This document shows positions 16,997 to 27,379 of a stretch of 64,000 bases of DNA, in pieces. The translations under genes were made by a program, and so were the position numbers. A model generated the notes under the pieces. It had not been told where the DNA came from and did no database searches. It saw nothing but the letters and a program-made list of their open reading frames with translations. The stretch's first letter is position 1; each line of letters begins with the position of its first letter. Where the stretch lies: assembly GCA_963823495.1 (NCBI GenBank), contig CAWGLV010000001.1, forward strand, positions 1,604,636-1,668,635, in the 5' to 3' direction. This DNA comes from an uncultured Microthrixaceae bacterium. GTDB taxonomy: Bacteria > Actinomycetota > Acidimicrobiia > Acidimicrobiales > DATDAH01.

Positions 16997-17869
16997 TCAG
17001 CGCGTGATGGGCAGGGCGCGGGCCTCGGCCTCGGCCAGGAAGGCCCCGGCTCGGGTGGGGGCGACCAGGACGGCGGCCGTGGCGACCGACTCGACGGGGG
17101 TGCGCCCGTGGCCGCGGCGGACCAGGTCGGAGGGGTGCTGTAGCCGGAGCTCCATGATCAGGCCGCCGGCGCCCATGGTGAGGTCCTCGGCCTCGGTGTC
17201 GGCGGGAGCGGGGCCGACCGAGGCCAGGTCGGTCTTCGGCAGCAGGACGGGGTCGACCAGCGTCAGGGGGTCGTGGACGACGACGCCGCCGGGGACGAAG
17301 ACGAGGAACCGGCGGGACAGGGCGTGCAGGGAGCGGGCCGCGGCGACAGCCAGGACCGCGCCCACGATGGTCGCCACGACGCCGAGGATCCCCTGCCCGG
17401 CGGCCAGCAGCAGCGGTCCGGCGGCCAGACCCGCCAGCACCGCCGCCACGGCAAGCGGTGCCGGACCGAGGGCGAGGGTCGGCGGCACCCTCAGGGGCAG
17501 GCGGCGCTCGGGTCCGTAGGACGATCCGTCGACCAGTTCGGCCCCCACCGTCGGCCACGCCGCCACCACCAGGACCAGCGCGCCCACCGCCACGGCGAGG
17601 ACGTCGGCGCCCTCGACGCCACCCCGGGGAGCGGTGATGAGGGCGATCACCAGCGCTCCGGGCGCGCCGACCCGCAACGCGGTCAGGGACAGCGTCCGCG
17701 GCACCAACACGGCGAGCAGGACGGCGGCCCAGGCCAGCCACAGCTCGATCGCCACCACCGTCGCCACCGCCGACGAGGTGGTGTGCAGACCGTCCTCCAC
17801 GGCCGGGCCCACGGTGACGGGGAGGGACAGCCAGAGGAGGCGAAGCAGGTTCAACGCGCCGGGTCGCAC
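16997..17869 (-). CDS. Hypothetical integral membrane protein
   Basis: 290 aa with several hydrophobic helices and a C-terminal soluble ~100 aa. High GC3. Confidence 0.6.
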   Translation of the reverse strand: MRPGALNLLRLLWLSLPVTVGPAVEDGLHTTSSAVATVVAIELWLAWAAVLLAVLVPRTLSLTALRVGAPGALVIALITAPRGGVEGADVLAVAVGALVLVVAAWPTVGAELVDGSSYGPERRLPLRVPPTLALGPAPLAVAAVLAGLAAGPLLLAAGQGILGVVATIVGAVLAVAAARSLHALSRRFLVFVPGGVVVHDPLTLVDPVLLPKTDLASVGPAPADTEAEDLTMGAGGLIMELRLQHPSDLVRRGHGRTPVESVATAAVLVAPTRAGAFLAEAEARALPITR

Positions 17870-17898
17870 CGGGGGAGATTTGCCGATGGTGACCCCCG

Positions 17899-18969
17899 GT
17901 GGCTATTCACCACGGTGTGGGGGAGACCGAAACCGAGAGCGGAGCGGCCGGCGACACCGACTTCCCGGTGGCCACGGGAACGGCCACGGCCGTGGGCAGC
18001 CTTCCCCAGGCCGACCGCGACGAAGCCGTCGACCTCGTCCTCTCCGTCCTGCCCCGGCTACCCGCCGCGCCGTCGTTGCCGACCGAGTTCCCCGTCGAGG
18101 GCATGCTCGCCCAAGCCGCGTGGGGCCTCCGCGGGGTGGTCGTTGCCGAGGACGGCTCGCTGCGCGTGGACCCCGGCGCGCTGGATCCCCACCATCCCTA
18201 TGCCACCGAGGACGGTGCCGGCGTCGGTGGCGCTCCGTTCGCCACGCTGCAGGTCTTCCTGCGGGCGCTGCGAGGCCGCCCCGGCCCCGTCAAGCTGCAA
18301 CTCACCGGGCCCGTCACCCTGGGTCGTGCCCTCAACGACGCCGGCGCCGAGCCGGACCTCGCCTTCGCGGTGGCCGGGGTGGCGGTCCGCGAACGCATCG
18401 AGGCCCTCCTGGCCGCGGCCCGCTACGCCGTCGGCGACTCGGTCATCCTGCTGTTCCTCGACGAACCGGGCCTGAGCGGCAACGAACACCCACGCTTTCC
18501 CCTGTCGAACGAGTCGGTGGTCCAGCTCCTGTCGGAGTCGCTGGCCTCCGTCGAGCTCGACGCGGTGAGTGGTGTCCACTGCTGTGGCTCGACCGACTGG
18601 TCGCTGGTGACCCAGGCCGGCCCCCGCGTGCTCTCCGTACCCGTCGGCGCCCCGCTGGTGAGCCACGCCGGGACGTTCGGCCGCTTCCTCGAGCGTGACG
18701 GCTGGATCGCCTGGGGTGCGGTGCCGACCGACGAGCCCGTGGGGGAGACCGGAGACGGTCTGTGGCGCCGCCTGTCGGATCTCTGGTGCGCCCTGGTCCG
18801 AGAGGGCTGCGACGGCGGGAGGCTGCGTCGCCAGGCCCTGGTCACGCCCGCCTGTGGCCTCGCCGGCCACGGCCCGAGCCAGGCCGAGCACAGCCTGCGC
18901 CTCGCCGCCGATCTCGGTCGCCGTGTCCTCGGTCAGGCCATCGGGGTCCGCCTCCAGGTCGGCGCCTGA
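17899..18969 (+). CDS. Conserved hypothetical protein (possibly MetE/UROD-like TIM-barrel, Rv3015c-like neighbour of ligA)
   Basis: 356 aa with high GC3. The family assignment is from memory of actinobacterial ligA neighbourhoods and is weak. Confidence 0.5.
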   Translation: MAIHHGVGETETESGAAGDTDFPVATGTATAVGSLPQADRDEAVDLVLSVLPRLPAAPSLPTEFPVEGMLAQAAWGLRGVVVAEDGSLRVDPGALDPHHPYATEDGAGVGGAPFATLQVFLRALRGRPGPVKLQLTGPVTLGRALNDAGAEPDLAFAVAGVAVRERIEALLAAARYAVGDSVILLFLDEPGLSGNEHPRFPLSNESVVQLLSESLASVELDAVSGVHCCGSTDWSLVTQAGPRVLSVPVGAPLVSHAGTFGRFLERDGWIAWGAVPTDEPVGETGDGLWRRLSDLWCALVREGCDGGRLRRQALVTPACGLAGHGPSQAEHSLRLAADLGRRVLGQAIGVRLQVGA

Positions 18970-18996
18970 GTCGTCCAGGCCGTCGGTGCCCACCGG

Positions 18997-19002
18997 TAGG
19001 TT
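18997..19002 (+). promoter_or_regulatory. -10-like hexamer TAGGTT, leaderless geometry
   Basis: 6 nt upstream of GTG 19009. Confidence 0.45.
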
Positions 19003-19008
19003 CTGACG

Positions 19009-21076
<2,068 letters not shown>

Positions 21077-21141
21077 TCCTCAGCCCGCAGCTCGGTGGAT
21101 CCCCCTGATCGGCCGGGCCGGCAGCGCCGAGGAGGGCGATG

Positions 21142-21567
21142 TCACGTCACGTTGAAGCACCAATCGACGTTGCGGGAGTCGGCCCGTGACTCCTCGACCC
21201 GCCAGATCACGGCGGTGACGCAGTTCTCGCCGGCGTCGTAGCGCTCGACGGCCTTGCCGTCGCCGGGGGTGTAGAGCACCTGGCCGAGGGACTCGAGGTT
21301 GGCGGTGTCGAGCTGGTCCTGAGGGATCTCGACGCCGTTGACGATCAGCACGCCGGTCCAGCCGGGGCGGAGGTCCACGCCGGTCACGTCCTGGCGGAGG
21401 ATCTCGCTGCCGCGCGGCGGGATGAGCTGCTCGACCGGGCCGGTCTCGGAGACGGCGACGTCGTTGCTGCCGTCGTCCCGGTTCACCTGGCTGAAGGCGA
21501 ACACCACACCGGCCAGGGCGCCGATGACCACGATGGTGATGAGGGTGCGGCGCAGGACGGGACTCAC
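21142..21567 (-). CDS. Hypothetical membrane-anchored protein
   Basis: 141 aa. N-terminal TM LITIVVIGALAGVVFAF followed by a soluble domain. High GC3. Confidence 0.6.
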   Translation of the reverse strand: MSPVLRRTLITIVVIGALAGVVFAFSQVNRDDGSNDVAVSETGPVEQLIPPRGSEILRQDVTGVDLRPGWTGVLIVNGVEIPQDQLDTANLESLGQVLYTPGDGKAVERYDAGENCVTAVIWRVEESRADSRNVDWCFNVT

Positions 21568-21604
21568 CCCGACAGTGTGCCGCGACCGGCACCCGCCCAG
21601 CCCT

Positions 21605-21610
21605 TAGCCT
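21605..21610 (+). promoter_or_regulatory. -10-like hexamer TAGCCT, leaderless geometry
   Basis: 7 nt upstream of GTG 21618. Confidence 0.45.
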
Positions 21611-21617
21611 CGGACCC

Positions 21618-23546
21618 GTGTCCCTGACCCGCATGAACGACCAGATCGGTCGGGTGCTCGCGGGTCGGTACCGGCTCCTCGGCCCGATCGGCGCCGGAGC
21701 CTCGGCCCAGGTCTTCCTGGCCGAGGACACCCGGTTGCGGCGACGGGTCGCCATCAAGCTCCTGCACGAGTCGTACGCGGACGACGCCGCCTTCATCCGG
21801 CGGTTCCGGTCCGAGGCCCAGACCGCGGCGGCGCTGAACCATCCCAACCTGCTCGCGGTCTTCGACTGGGGTGAGGACGATGTCCCGTTCCTCGTCACCG
21901 AGTTCATCGCCGGCGGCTCGCTGCGGGCCATGTTGGACCAGGGTCGCCGCCTGAGCGTCGCGCAGGCCACCCTGGTCGGGCTGCAGGCGGCCCGCGGCCT
22001 GGATCATGCCCACCGCCAGGGGCTGGTCCATCGCGACCTGAAGCCGGCCAACCTCCTCTTCGGCGAGGACGGCCGCCTCCGCATCGCGGACTTCGGCCTC
22101 GCCCGGGCGCTGGCCGACGCCGCGGTCACCGAGCCCTCGGGCGCCGTTCTGGGCACGGCCCGCTACGCGTCACCGGAGCAGGCCCAGGGTCGCTCGTTGA
22201 GCGCACGCAGCGACGTCTACTCCCTGGCGCTGGTGCTCATCGAAGCCGTCACCGGACAGGTGCCGTTCTCGGTGGACACCACGATCGGCACCCTCATGGC
22301 CCGCGTGTCGGAGCCCATTCCCGTCGGCAGCCGCCTCGAGGTCCTGGCGCCGGTGCTGGGAGCCGCGGGTCGGGTGCTGCCCGAGGAGCGTCCCGACGCC
22401 GCGGCGCTGGCCTCGCGGCTGGTGCGGGTCACCGAGCAGCTGGATCCGCCGTCACCGTTGCCGCTGGCCGGCGCCATCGTCCTGCCTGACGCGGCGGTCG
22501 AGGTCGATCGGGACCCGACGCTGTTGCCCGAGCCCGGGGAGGGCACCTCCTCGGGGCCCGAGGAGGCCGGAGGCCCCGCCGCTCTGGCCCCGGCTCCGGG
22601 TCGACGGGCCCGACGACGCCACCGCCGGGCGGCCGAGCAGGTCGCCCGATCGGGCGGGGGTGTCCGGCGCTGGGGGCGGGTGGGGTTGCTCGCCGCCCTG
22701 GGGGTGCTGGTGGTGGCCGGCGGCCTGGCGGCGTACCTGCTGGCCTTTCCCGAGCACGAGGTCCCGGAACTGGAGGCGCAGCGCGTCAGTGCCATCGACT
22801 CTCTCGTGGGCGACCTCGGTTTCGACGTCCGACTGGTCGGGGCCCGCCGAACCGGCATCCCGGCGGGGACGGTCCTGGCCCAGGATCCGGCGGCCGGGGC
22901 GATGTTGCGAGAGGGCCAGACGCTCACCCTGACGGTCAACCGCGGTCCCGACTTCGTCGAGCTGCCCGGCAACCTGACCAACGTGACCCTCGGCGGAGGC
23001 TCGCGCCGAGCCTGCAGGCCGCGAACCTCCGAGTGGGCTACGTGGCCGAGAAGTACAACGAGCTGGTGGTGGCCGGGACGGTGCAGAGCGTCGCCTCACC
23101 CTTCGGGCGGGTCCCCCGCAACGAGCGCGGTCGACCTCGTCGTGTCCCGAGGGCCTCGGCCCCGGACGATCCCCGAGGACGCCGTGGGTCGTCCGTTCGC
23201 GGAGGTGGCGGCCCAGCTCGAGGAGCAGTCACTGACGGTCGTTCGCGAGGACGTCCCCACCCTCGACCAGGTGGAGGGGACGGTCACCGACATCGCTCCC
23301 GGTCCGGGCGCGACGGTCCCCCGGGACTCGACGGTCACGGTGTTCGTCGCCGTGGCCCAGGTCGAGGTGCCGGACGTGACGGGCCTCGACCCCGTCTCGG
23401 CGGCCGACGCGCTGGCCGGGGTCGGCTTGAGCGTGTCGCGGACCGTGGGACCGCCCAACCGCGATGTGGTCGACACCGATCCGGCCACCGGGTCCCTGGT
23501 CGATCCGGGCTCGTCCGTGGCGCTGTACACCCGACGCCTGGACTGA
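21618..23546 (+). CDS. Ser/Thr protein kinase with extracellular PASTA repeats (PknB-like)
   Basis: Hanks motifs GAGASAQVF..AIKLL, HRDLKPANL, DFGLA, SPEQ. TM LLAALGVLVVAGGLAAYLLAF. PASTA-like repeats follow, the middle one out of frame (see finding). Confidence 0.85.
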   Translation: MSLTRMNDQIGRVLAGRYRLLGPIGAGASAQVFLAEDTRLRRRVAIKLLHESYADDAAFIRRFRSEAQTAAALNHPNLLAVFDWGEDDVPFLVTEFIAGGSLRAMLDQGRRLSVAQATLVGLQAARGLDHAHRQGLVHRDLKPANLLFGEDGRLRIADFGLARALADAAVTEPSGAVLGTARYASPEQAQGRSLSARSDVYSLALVLIEAVTGQVPFSVDTTIGTLMARVSEPIPVGSRLEVLAPVLGAAGRVLPEERPDAAALASRLVRVTEQLDPPSPLPLAGAIVLPDAAVEVDRDPTLLPEPGEGTSSGPEEAGGPAALAPAPGRRARRRHRRAAEQVARSGGGVRRWGRVGLLAALGVLVVAGGLAAYLLAFPEHEVPELEAQRVSAIDSLVGDLGFDVRLVGARRTGIPAGTVLAQDPAAGAMLREGQTLTLTVNRGPDFVELPGNLTNVTLGGGSRRACRPRTSEWATWPRSTTSWWWPGRCRASPHPSGGSPATSAVDLVVSRGPRPRTIPEDAVGRPFAEVAAQLEEQSLTVVREDVPTLDQVEGTVTDIAPGPGATVPRDSTVTVFVAVAQVEVPDVTGLDPVSAADALAGVGLSVSRTVGPPNRDVVDTDPATGSLVDPGSSVALYTRRLD

Positions 23547-23801
23547 GCCCACCATCCACCACCGGGGGAGGTGGCCTCCCTAGCGTTCCTCCCGGATCGG
23601 GCCCGCTGGGGTGGCGTCGGCCGTGACGCTCCCCAGCCGCCACGACGCTGCCACCCCAGCCGGCTCGGTCCCCTGCCACCGGGGCCGCGCCCGATGCTCG
23701 TCGACCCCGCATCGCGGCTCCCACCGGGGGAACCCACCCTCGTTAGCCTCGGGTCGGTGACCGCCGAGCGCCCGCCCGACCTGTCGGTCGAGGCTCCCGG
23801 C

Positions 23802-25256
23802 GTGAGCGAGGAGAGCTCGGTCCCGTGGCCCCTCCTGCTCGGCCAGCGGGTCACCAGCAGGGCCGAGGACAAGGGGTGGTACCCCTGGGTCGTCCTGGCC
23901 ACCACGCTGTTCGGCCTCCTCACGATCACCTTCACGATCACGATCCTGGCGGTGTCGATCCCCGGCATCGCCGAGGACCTCGACACCACCGAGAGCACCC
24001 TGACGTGGGTCATCACCGGCCCGCTGCTCGCCTTCGCCGTGGTCGGCCCGGCGGTGGGCAAGCTCGGCGACCGCAACGGTCACCGTCGCATCTACCTCAT
24101 CGGCATGGCCGGTGGAGCGTTGTTCGCCGCCCTGTCGGCGCTGGCGTGGAGCGCTCCGGCGCTCATCCTCTTCCGCGTCCTCGGCGCCAGCATCGGCGCG
24201 GCCACCGGGCCGGCGTCCATGGCGCTCATCAACACCACCTTCCCCCGGGAGCGCCGGGCCCAGGCGATGGGGTACTGGACCCTGGTGATGGCAGGTGGCC
24301 CGGTCCTGGGCGTGGTGGTGGGGGGGCCGGTCGTGGAGTACCTGAGCTGGCGGCTGATCTTCGTGGCCCAGGTCCCGATCGCCCTCATCGGGCTCTTCGT
24401 CGCCATCGTGCTGCTGCCCGACACCGAGCGGGAGGAGCCGGCCCCCTTCGACCTGGCCGGCACCCTCCTGCTGGCCGCCGCCGTCGGCGGCGCCCTGGTC
24501 GGCCTCAACCAGGGCCCGGAGATGGGTTGGACCAGTCCCCTCGTCGTCGCCGGCTTCGCCCTGGCCCCGGTGCTGTTGGTCTGCTTCGTGTCGGTCGAGC
24601 GACGGGCCCTCGACCCCCTGTTGCCGTTGCGCTACCTCCAGAAGCGCAACGTGCGCCTACCCCTCGTGGTCGAGTTCACGAACAACTTCGCCTACATGGG
24701 CGGCTTCATCCTCACCCCGCTCCTGTTGGAGCAGGTGCTGGGCTACGGCGAGACCAGGGCCGGCCTGCTGTCGATCGCCCGCCCGCTGTGCTTCTCGCTC
24801 GCCGGCCCGATCGCCGGCTACCTCACCGTGCGGACCGGCGAGCGTCGGGCGGCGACCTTCGGCACGCTCTGCATCGCCTGCTCGATGGTCGGGATGTCCC
24901 TCGTCTCTCCGAGCAGCACGGACCTGCTGATCGTGGTGGCGCTGGCCCTGTCGGGCATCGGGGCGGGGGCGACCCTGCCCGCGATGGCCTCGAGCATCGC
25001 CAACGCGGTGGACGACCGCGACCTGGGGGTGATCGGAGCCGCCCAGCAGATGGTCTCCCAGCTCGGCGCCGTGGCCGGCATCCAGATCCTGCAGACCATC
25101 CAGGTCAGCCGGGAGGTGGTGGTGGGTGAGGTCGACGCCTTCGGTCAGGCCTTCCTGACCGCAGGCGGCGTCGCCCTCGTGGGCACGATGTGCGCCCTGG
25201 CGGTCCGGTCGACCCCGCGCCAGAGTTCAGCCACCGTTGTCCCCGCGATCACCTGA
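23802..25256 (+). CDS. MFS transporter, DHA2/EmrB-like (14-TM type)
   Basis: LFGLLTITFTITILAVSIPGIAEDL..., GKLGDRNGHRRIY loop and 14 hydrophobic segments. Start uncertain (GTG 23802 preferred over 23571 or 23694). Confidence 0.75.
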   Translation: MSEESSVPWPLLLGQRVTSRAEDKGWYPWVVLATTLFGLLTITFTITILAVSIPGIAEDLDTTESTLTWVITGPLLAFAVVGPAVGKLGDRNGHRRIYLIGMAGGALFAALSALAWSAPALILFRVLGASIGAATGPASMALINTTFPRERRAQAMGYWTLVMAGGPVLGVVVGGPVVEYLSWRLIFVAQVPIALIGLFVAIVLLPDTEREEPAPFDLAGTLLLAAAVGGALVGLNQGPEMGWTSPLVVAGFALAPVLLVCFVSVERRALDPLLPLRYLQKRNVRLPLVVEFTNNFAYMGGFILTPLLLEQVLGYGETRAGLLSIARPLCFSLAGPIAGYLTVRTGERRAATFGTLCIACSMVGMSLVSPSSTDLLIVVALALSGIGAGATLPAMASSIANAVDDRDLGVIGAAQQMVSQLGAVAGIQILQTIQVSREVVVGEVDAFGQAFLTAGGVALVGTMCALAVRSTPRQSSATVVPAIT

Positions 25257-25328
25257 CAGCCGCGGACAGCCGCGCCGCGGCTCGTCAGCCCGCACTGTCG
25301 GAGCGGAGCCGCAGCCGACCCCGTTCCC

Positions 25329-25374
25329 CGACGGCGACGCCGGACTGGCCGAGCGCGGCGAGGCCAGTCGGATG
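25329..25374 (-). repeat. 46-nt 3'-UTR hairpin element, inverted copy of 63638-63683
   Basis: The reverse complement CATCCGACTGGCCTCGCCGCGCTCGGCCAGTCCGGCGTCGCCGTCG matches 63638-63683 at 42 of 46 positions (counted by hand). Contains the GACTGGCC/GGCCAGTC stem. Confidence 0.8.
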
Positions 25375-25384
25375 CGACGATCCG

Positions 25385-25792
25385 CTACTCGGTGATGTCC
25401 TTGATCCGTTCCTGGATCTCGGTCTGGATCGGGTCGGTGGGGGCCTGCTGGAGCAGCATCAACTTGCTCATGTCGCCCTGCACCTTGACCTTGCCCTGCA
25501 TGAAGGCCTGCATGCCCACCTGGGCGTCACCGTCGACGGTGATGGCCTTGGCCGTCGCCCAGTCGGTGGTGACCGTCAGCTCGGGGTCCTCGAGGAGGCC
25601 GGTCTCCATGATGGCCTCGCCGCCGGAGGTGTCGAGGTGGGCGTTCACCGTGCCGTCACCGAACGGGACCTCGGTCACGACCTGGTTCATGCGGATGGAG
25701 TGGGCTGGTGGGCTGACCTTGTCGGCGAACTCGTCGCGGATGGCCTTGGCGGCATCCATCCACTCGTCGGACAGGAAGGGGTACTTGGCCAC
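25385..25792 (-). CDS. SCP2 sterol-binding domain protein
   Basis: 135 aa. YPFLSDEWMDAAKAIRDEF...MQAFMQGKVKVQGDMSKLMLLQ is a typical SCP2 C-terminal pattern. AGGAG SD 6 nt before the GTG. Confidence 0.8.
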   Translation of the reverse strand: MAKYPFLSDEWMDAAKAIRDEFADKVSPPAHSIRMNQVVTEVPFGDGTVNAHLDTSGGEAIMETGLLEDPELTVTTDWATAKAITVDGDAQVGMQAFMQGKVKVQGDMSKLMLLQQAPTDPIQTEIQERIKDITE

Positions 25793-25883
25793 CGGGCACT
25801 CCTCGGTCGTGAAGGTCTGAGCGGCGGTGAAACTAGTCCAGTTGACCGGCTGGTCAAGCGGGGGCGGCGCGCGTCGGGCTGAG

Positions 25884-25889
25884 TAGCCT
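25884..25889 (+). promoter_or_regulatory. -10-like hexamer TAGCCT, leaderless geometry
   Basis: 7 nt upstream of GTG 25897. Confidence 0.45.
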
Positions 25890-25896
25890 GCGGCCC

Positions 25897-26202
25897 GTGT
25901 CGGCCGGGAACCGTGACGAGCGCCTCATCGCGCGGGAGCGCAACCCCAAGTGGCAGAACGTCCCGCTGCTCATCGACATGTCGATCTGCATCAACTGCGA
26001 CACCTGCATCCGCTGGTGCCCCCCGCAGTTCGGTGCCATCTTCAACCACGGCATCGACGTGGTGATCATCCCCGAGCTGTGCTCGGGTTGCGGGAAGTGC
26101 GTGGAGCCCTGCCCCGTGGACTGCATCTTCGAGGATCCGGAGTGGAAGCCCGCACCGGCGGACTGGTGGGAGGAGCCCGCGACCGATGACCCCTACCGAT
26201 GA
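25897..26202 (+). CDS. 2x[4Fe-4S] ferredoxin
   Basis: CINCDTCIRWCP and CSGCGKCVEPCP, two CxxCxxCxxxCP motifs. Confidence 0.85.
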   Translation: MSAGNRDERLIARERNPKWQNVPLLIDMSICINCDTCIRWCPPQFGAIFNHGIDVVIIPELCSGCGKCVEPCPVDCIFEDPEWKPAPADWWEEPATDDPYR

Positions 26203-26253
26203 TCGGCGGGCCGAACGGGCCGGACCAGGCGACGGGCCGTCAGGCGACGAGCC

Positions 26254-27030
26254 ATGAGCGCTGACCGCCTGTGGCCTCCCCCCGGCGCCTCGGTGATCCC
26301 CGGCGCCGAGCCGTGGTCCGCGGCCGGGGGTCCGCACGGAGCCCTCGTGCTGCACGGCTTCACCGGCAACTGCGCCGGTGTGCGGCCCCAGGCCGAGGCC
26401 CTGCACGCCGCCGGCTTCGCCGTCGAGATGCCACTGCTCCCCGGCCACGGCACCCGGGTGGAGGACCTGCTGCCGTTCGGCTTCGACGACTGGTACGCGG
26501 CGGCCGGGTCCGCCCTCGAGGCCCTGGCCGAGCGGGTGGACCGGATCGTGGTGGTCGGGCTGTCGATGGGCGGGGCGCTGACCTGTGTCCTGGCCATGGA
26601 GCACCCCGAGATCGCCGGCATCGCGTGCGTCAACCCGACCACGCAGACCAACGACGAGATCCGCGCCACGGTCGAGGCCGTGCTGGCCGAGGGCAGCGAC
26701 CTCATCCCCCCGATCGGCTCCGACATCGCCCTCGAGGGGGCGACGGAGAACGCCTACCCGGCCACGCCGGTACCGCCCCTGCTCACCATGTTCGACGCCG
26801 AAGCCGGGTTCTCCTCCCGGCTGGACGAGATCGCCTGCCCGACCCTCGTGCTCACCAGCCGCCAGGACCATGTCGTACCTCCCGCCGACAGCGAGTTCCT
26901 GGTCAGCCGGGTGGCGGGCCCGGTCGAGCACGTGTGGCTGGAGCGGAGCTACCACGTGGCCACCATCGACCACGACGGCCCTGAGGTCTCCCGTCGCATC
27001 GTCGAGTTCTCCCGGAGGGTCACCGCCTGA
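26254..27030 (+). CDS. Alpha/beta hydrolase (esterase / lysophospholipase-like)
   Basis: HGFTGN and GLSMGG nucleophile elbow, late D and H. 258 aa. Confidence 0.75.
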   Translation: MSADRLWPPPGASVIPGAEPWSAAGGPHGALVLHGFTGNCAGVRPQAEALHAAGFAVEMPLLPGHGTRVEDLLPFGFDDWYAAAGSALEALAERVDRIVVVGLSMGGALTCVLAMEHPEIAGIACVNPTTQTNDEIRATVEAVLAEGSDLIPPIGSDIALEGATENAYPATPVPPLLTMFDAEAGFSSRLDEIACPTLVLTSRQDHVVPPADSEFLVSRVAGPVEHVWLERSYHVATIDHDGPEVSRRIVEFSRRVTA

Positions 27031-27067
27031 GGGCCGAACCCCTTGGGGAGGCTCCGGTGGCCGCCCC

Positions 27068-27073
27068 TACGAT
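27068..27073 (+). promoter_or_regulatory. -10-like hexamer TACGAT, leaderless geometry
   Basis: 6 nt upstream of GTG 27080. Confidence 0.4.
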
Positions 27074-27079
27074 GCCCCG

Positions 27080-27379
27080 GTGCCCCGCATCACCCCTGAC
27101 GACGTCGCCCATGTCGCCCGGTTGGCCCGTCTGCACCTGACCGAGGCCGAGCTGGTCACCTTCACCGGCCAGCTCGACGCCGTGCTCGACCACGCCGCGG
27201 ACGTCGAGGCCCTCGACCTCAGCGATGTACCGCCGACCTCGCACCCCTATCCGTTGACCAATGTGGTGCGGGAGGACGTCGTGGTCCCCGGTCTCGACCG
27301 AGACGAGGTCCTGGCCCAGGCTCCCGTGGTGGAGGACAACCAGTTCCGGGTTCCACCGGTGCTCGGGGAGGCCCCGTGA
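27080..27379 (+). CDS. gatC: Asp-tRNA(Asn)/Glu-tRNA(Gln) amidotransferase subunit C
   Basis: ITPDDVAHVARLARLHLTEAELVTFTGQLDAVLDHA. 99 aa. ATGA-type overlap with gatA. Confidence 0.85.
   Translation: MPRITPDDVAHVARLARLHLTEAELVTFTGQLDAVLDHAADVEALDLSDVPPTSHPYPLTNVVREDVVVPGLDRDEVLAQAPVVEDNQFRVPPVLGEAP

Noticed and set aside
23571-23801. Longest-ORF start (23571) for the DHA2 MFS transporter
   Set aside because: The extra 77 codons are P/R/G-rich, overlap the repeat-laden intergenic region, and are not needed for the 14-TM core. GTG 23802 is preferred but uncertain.
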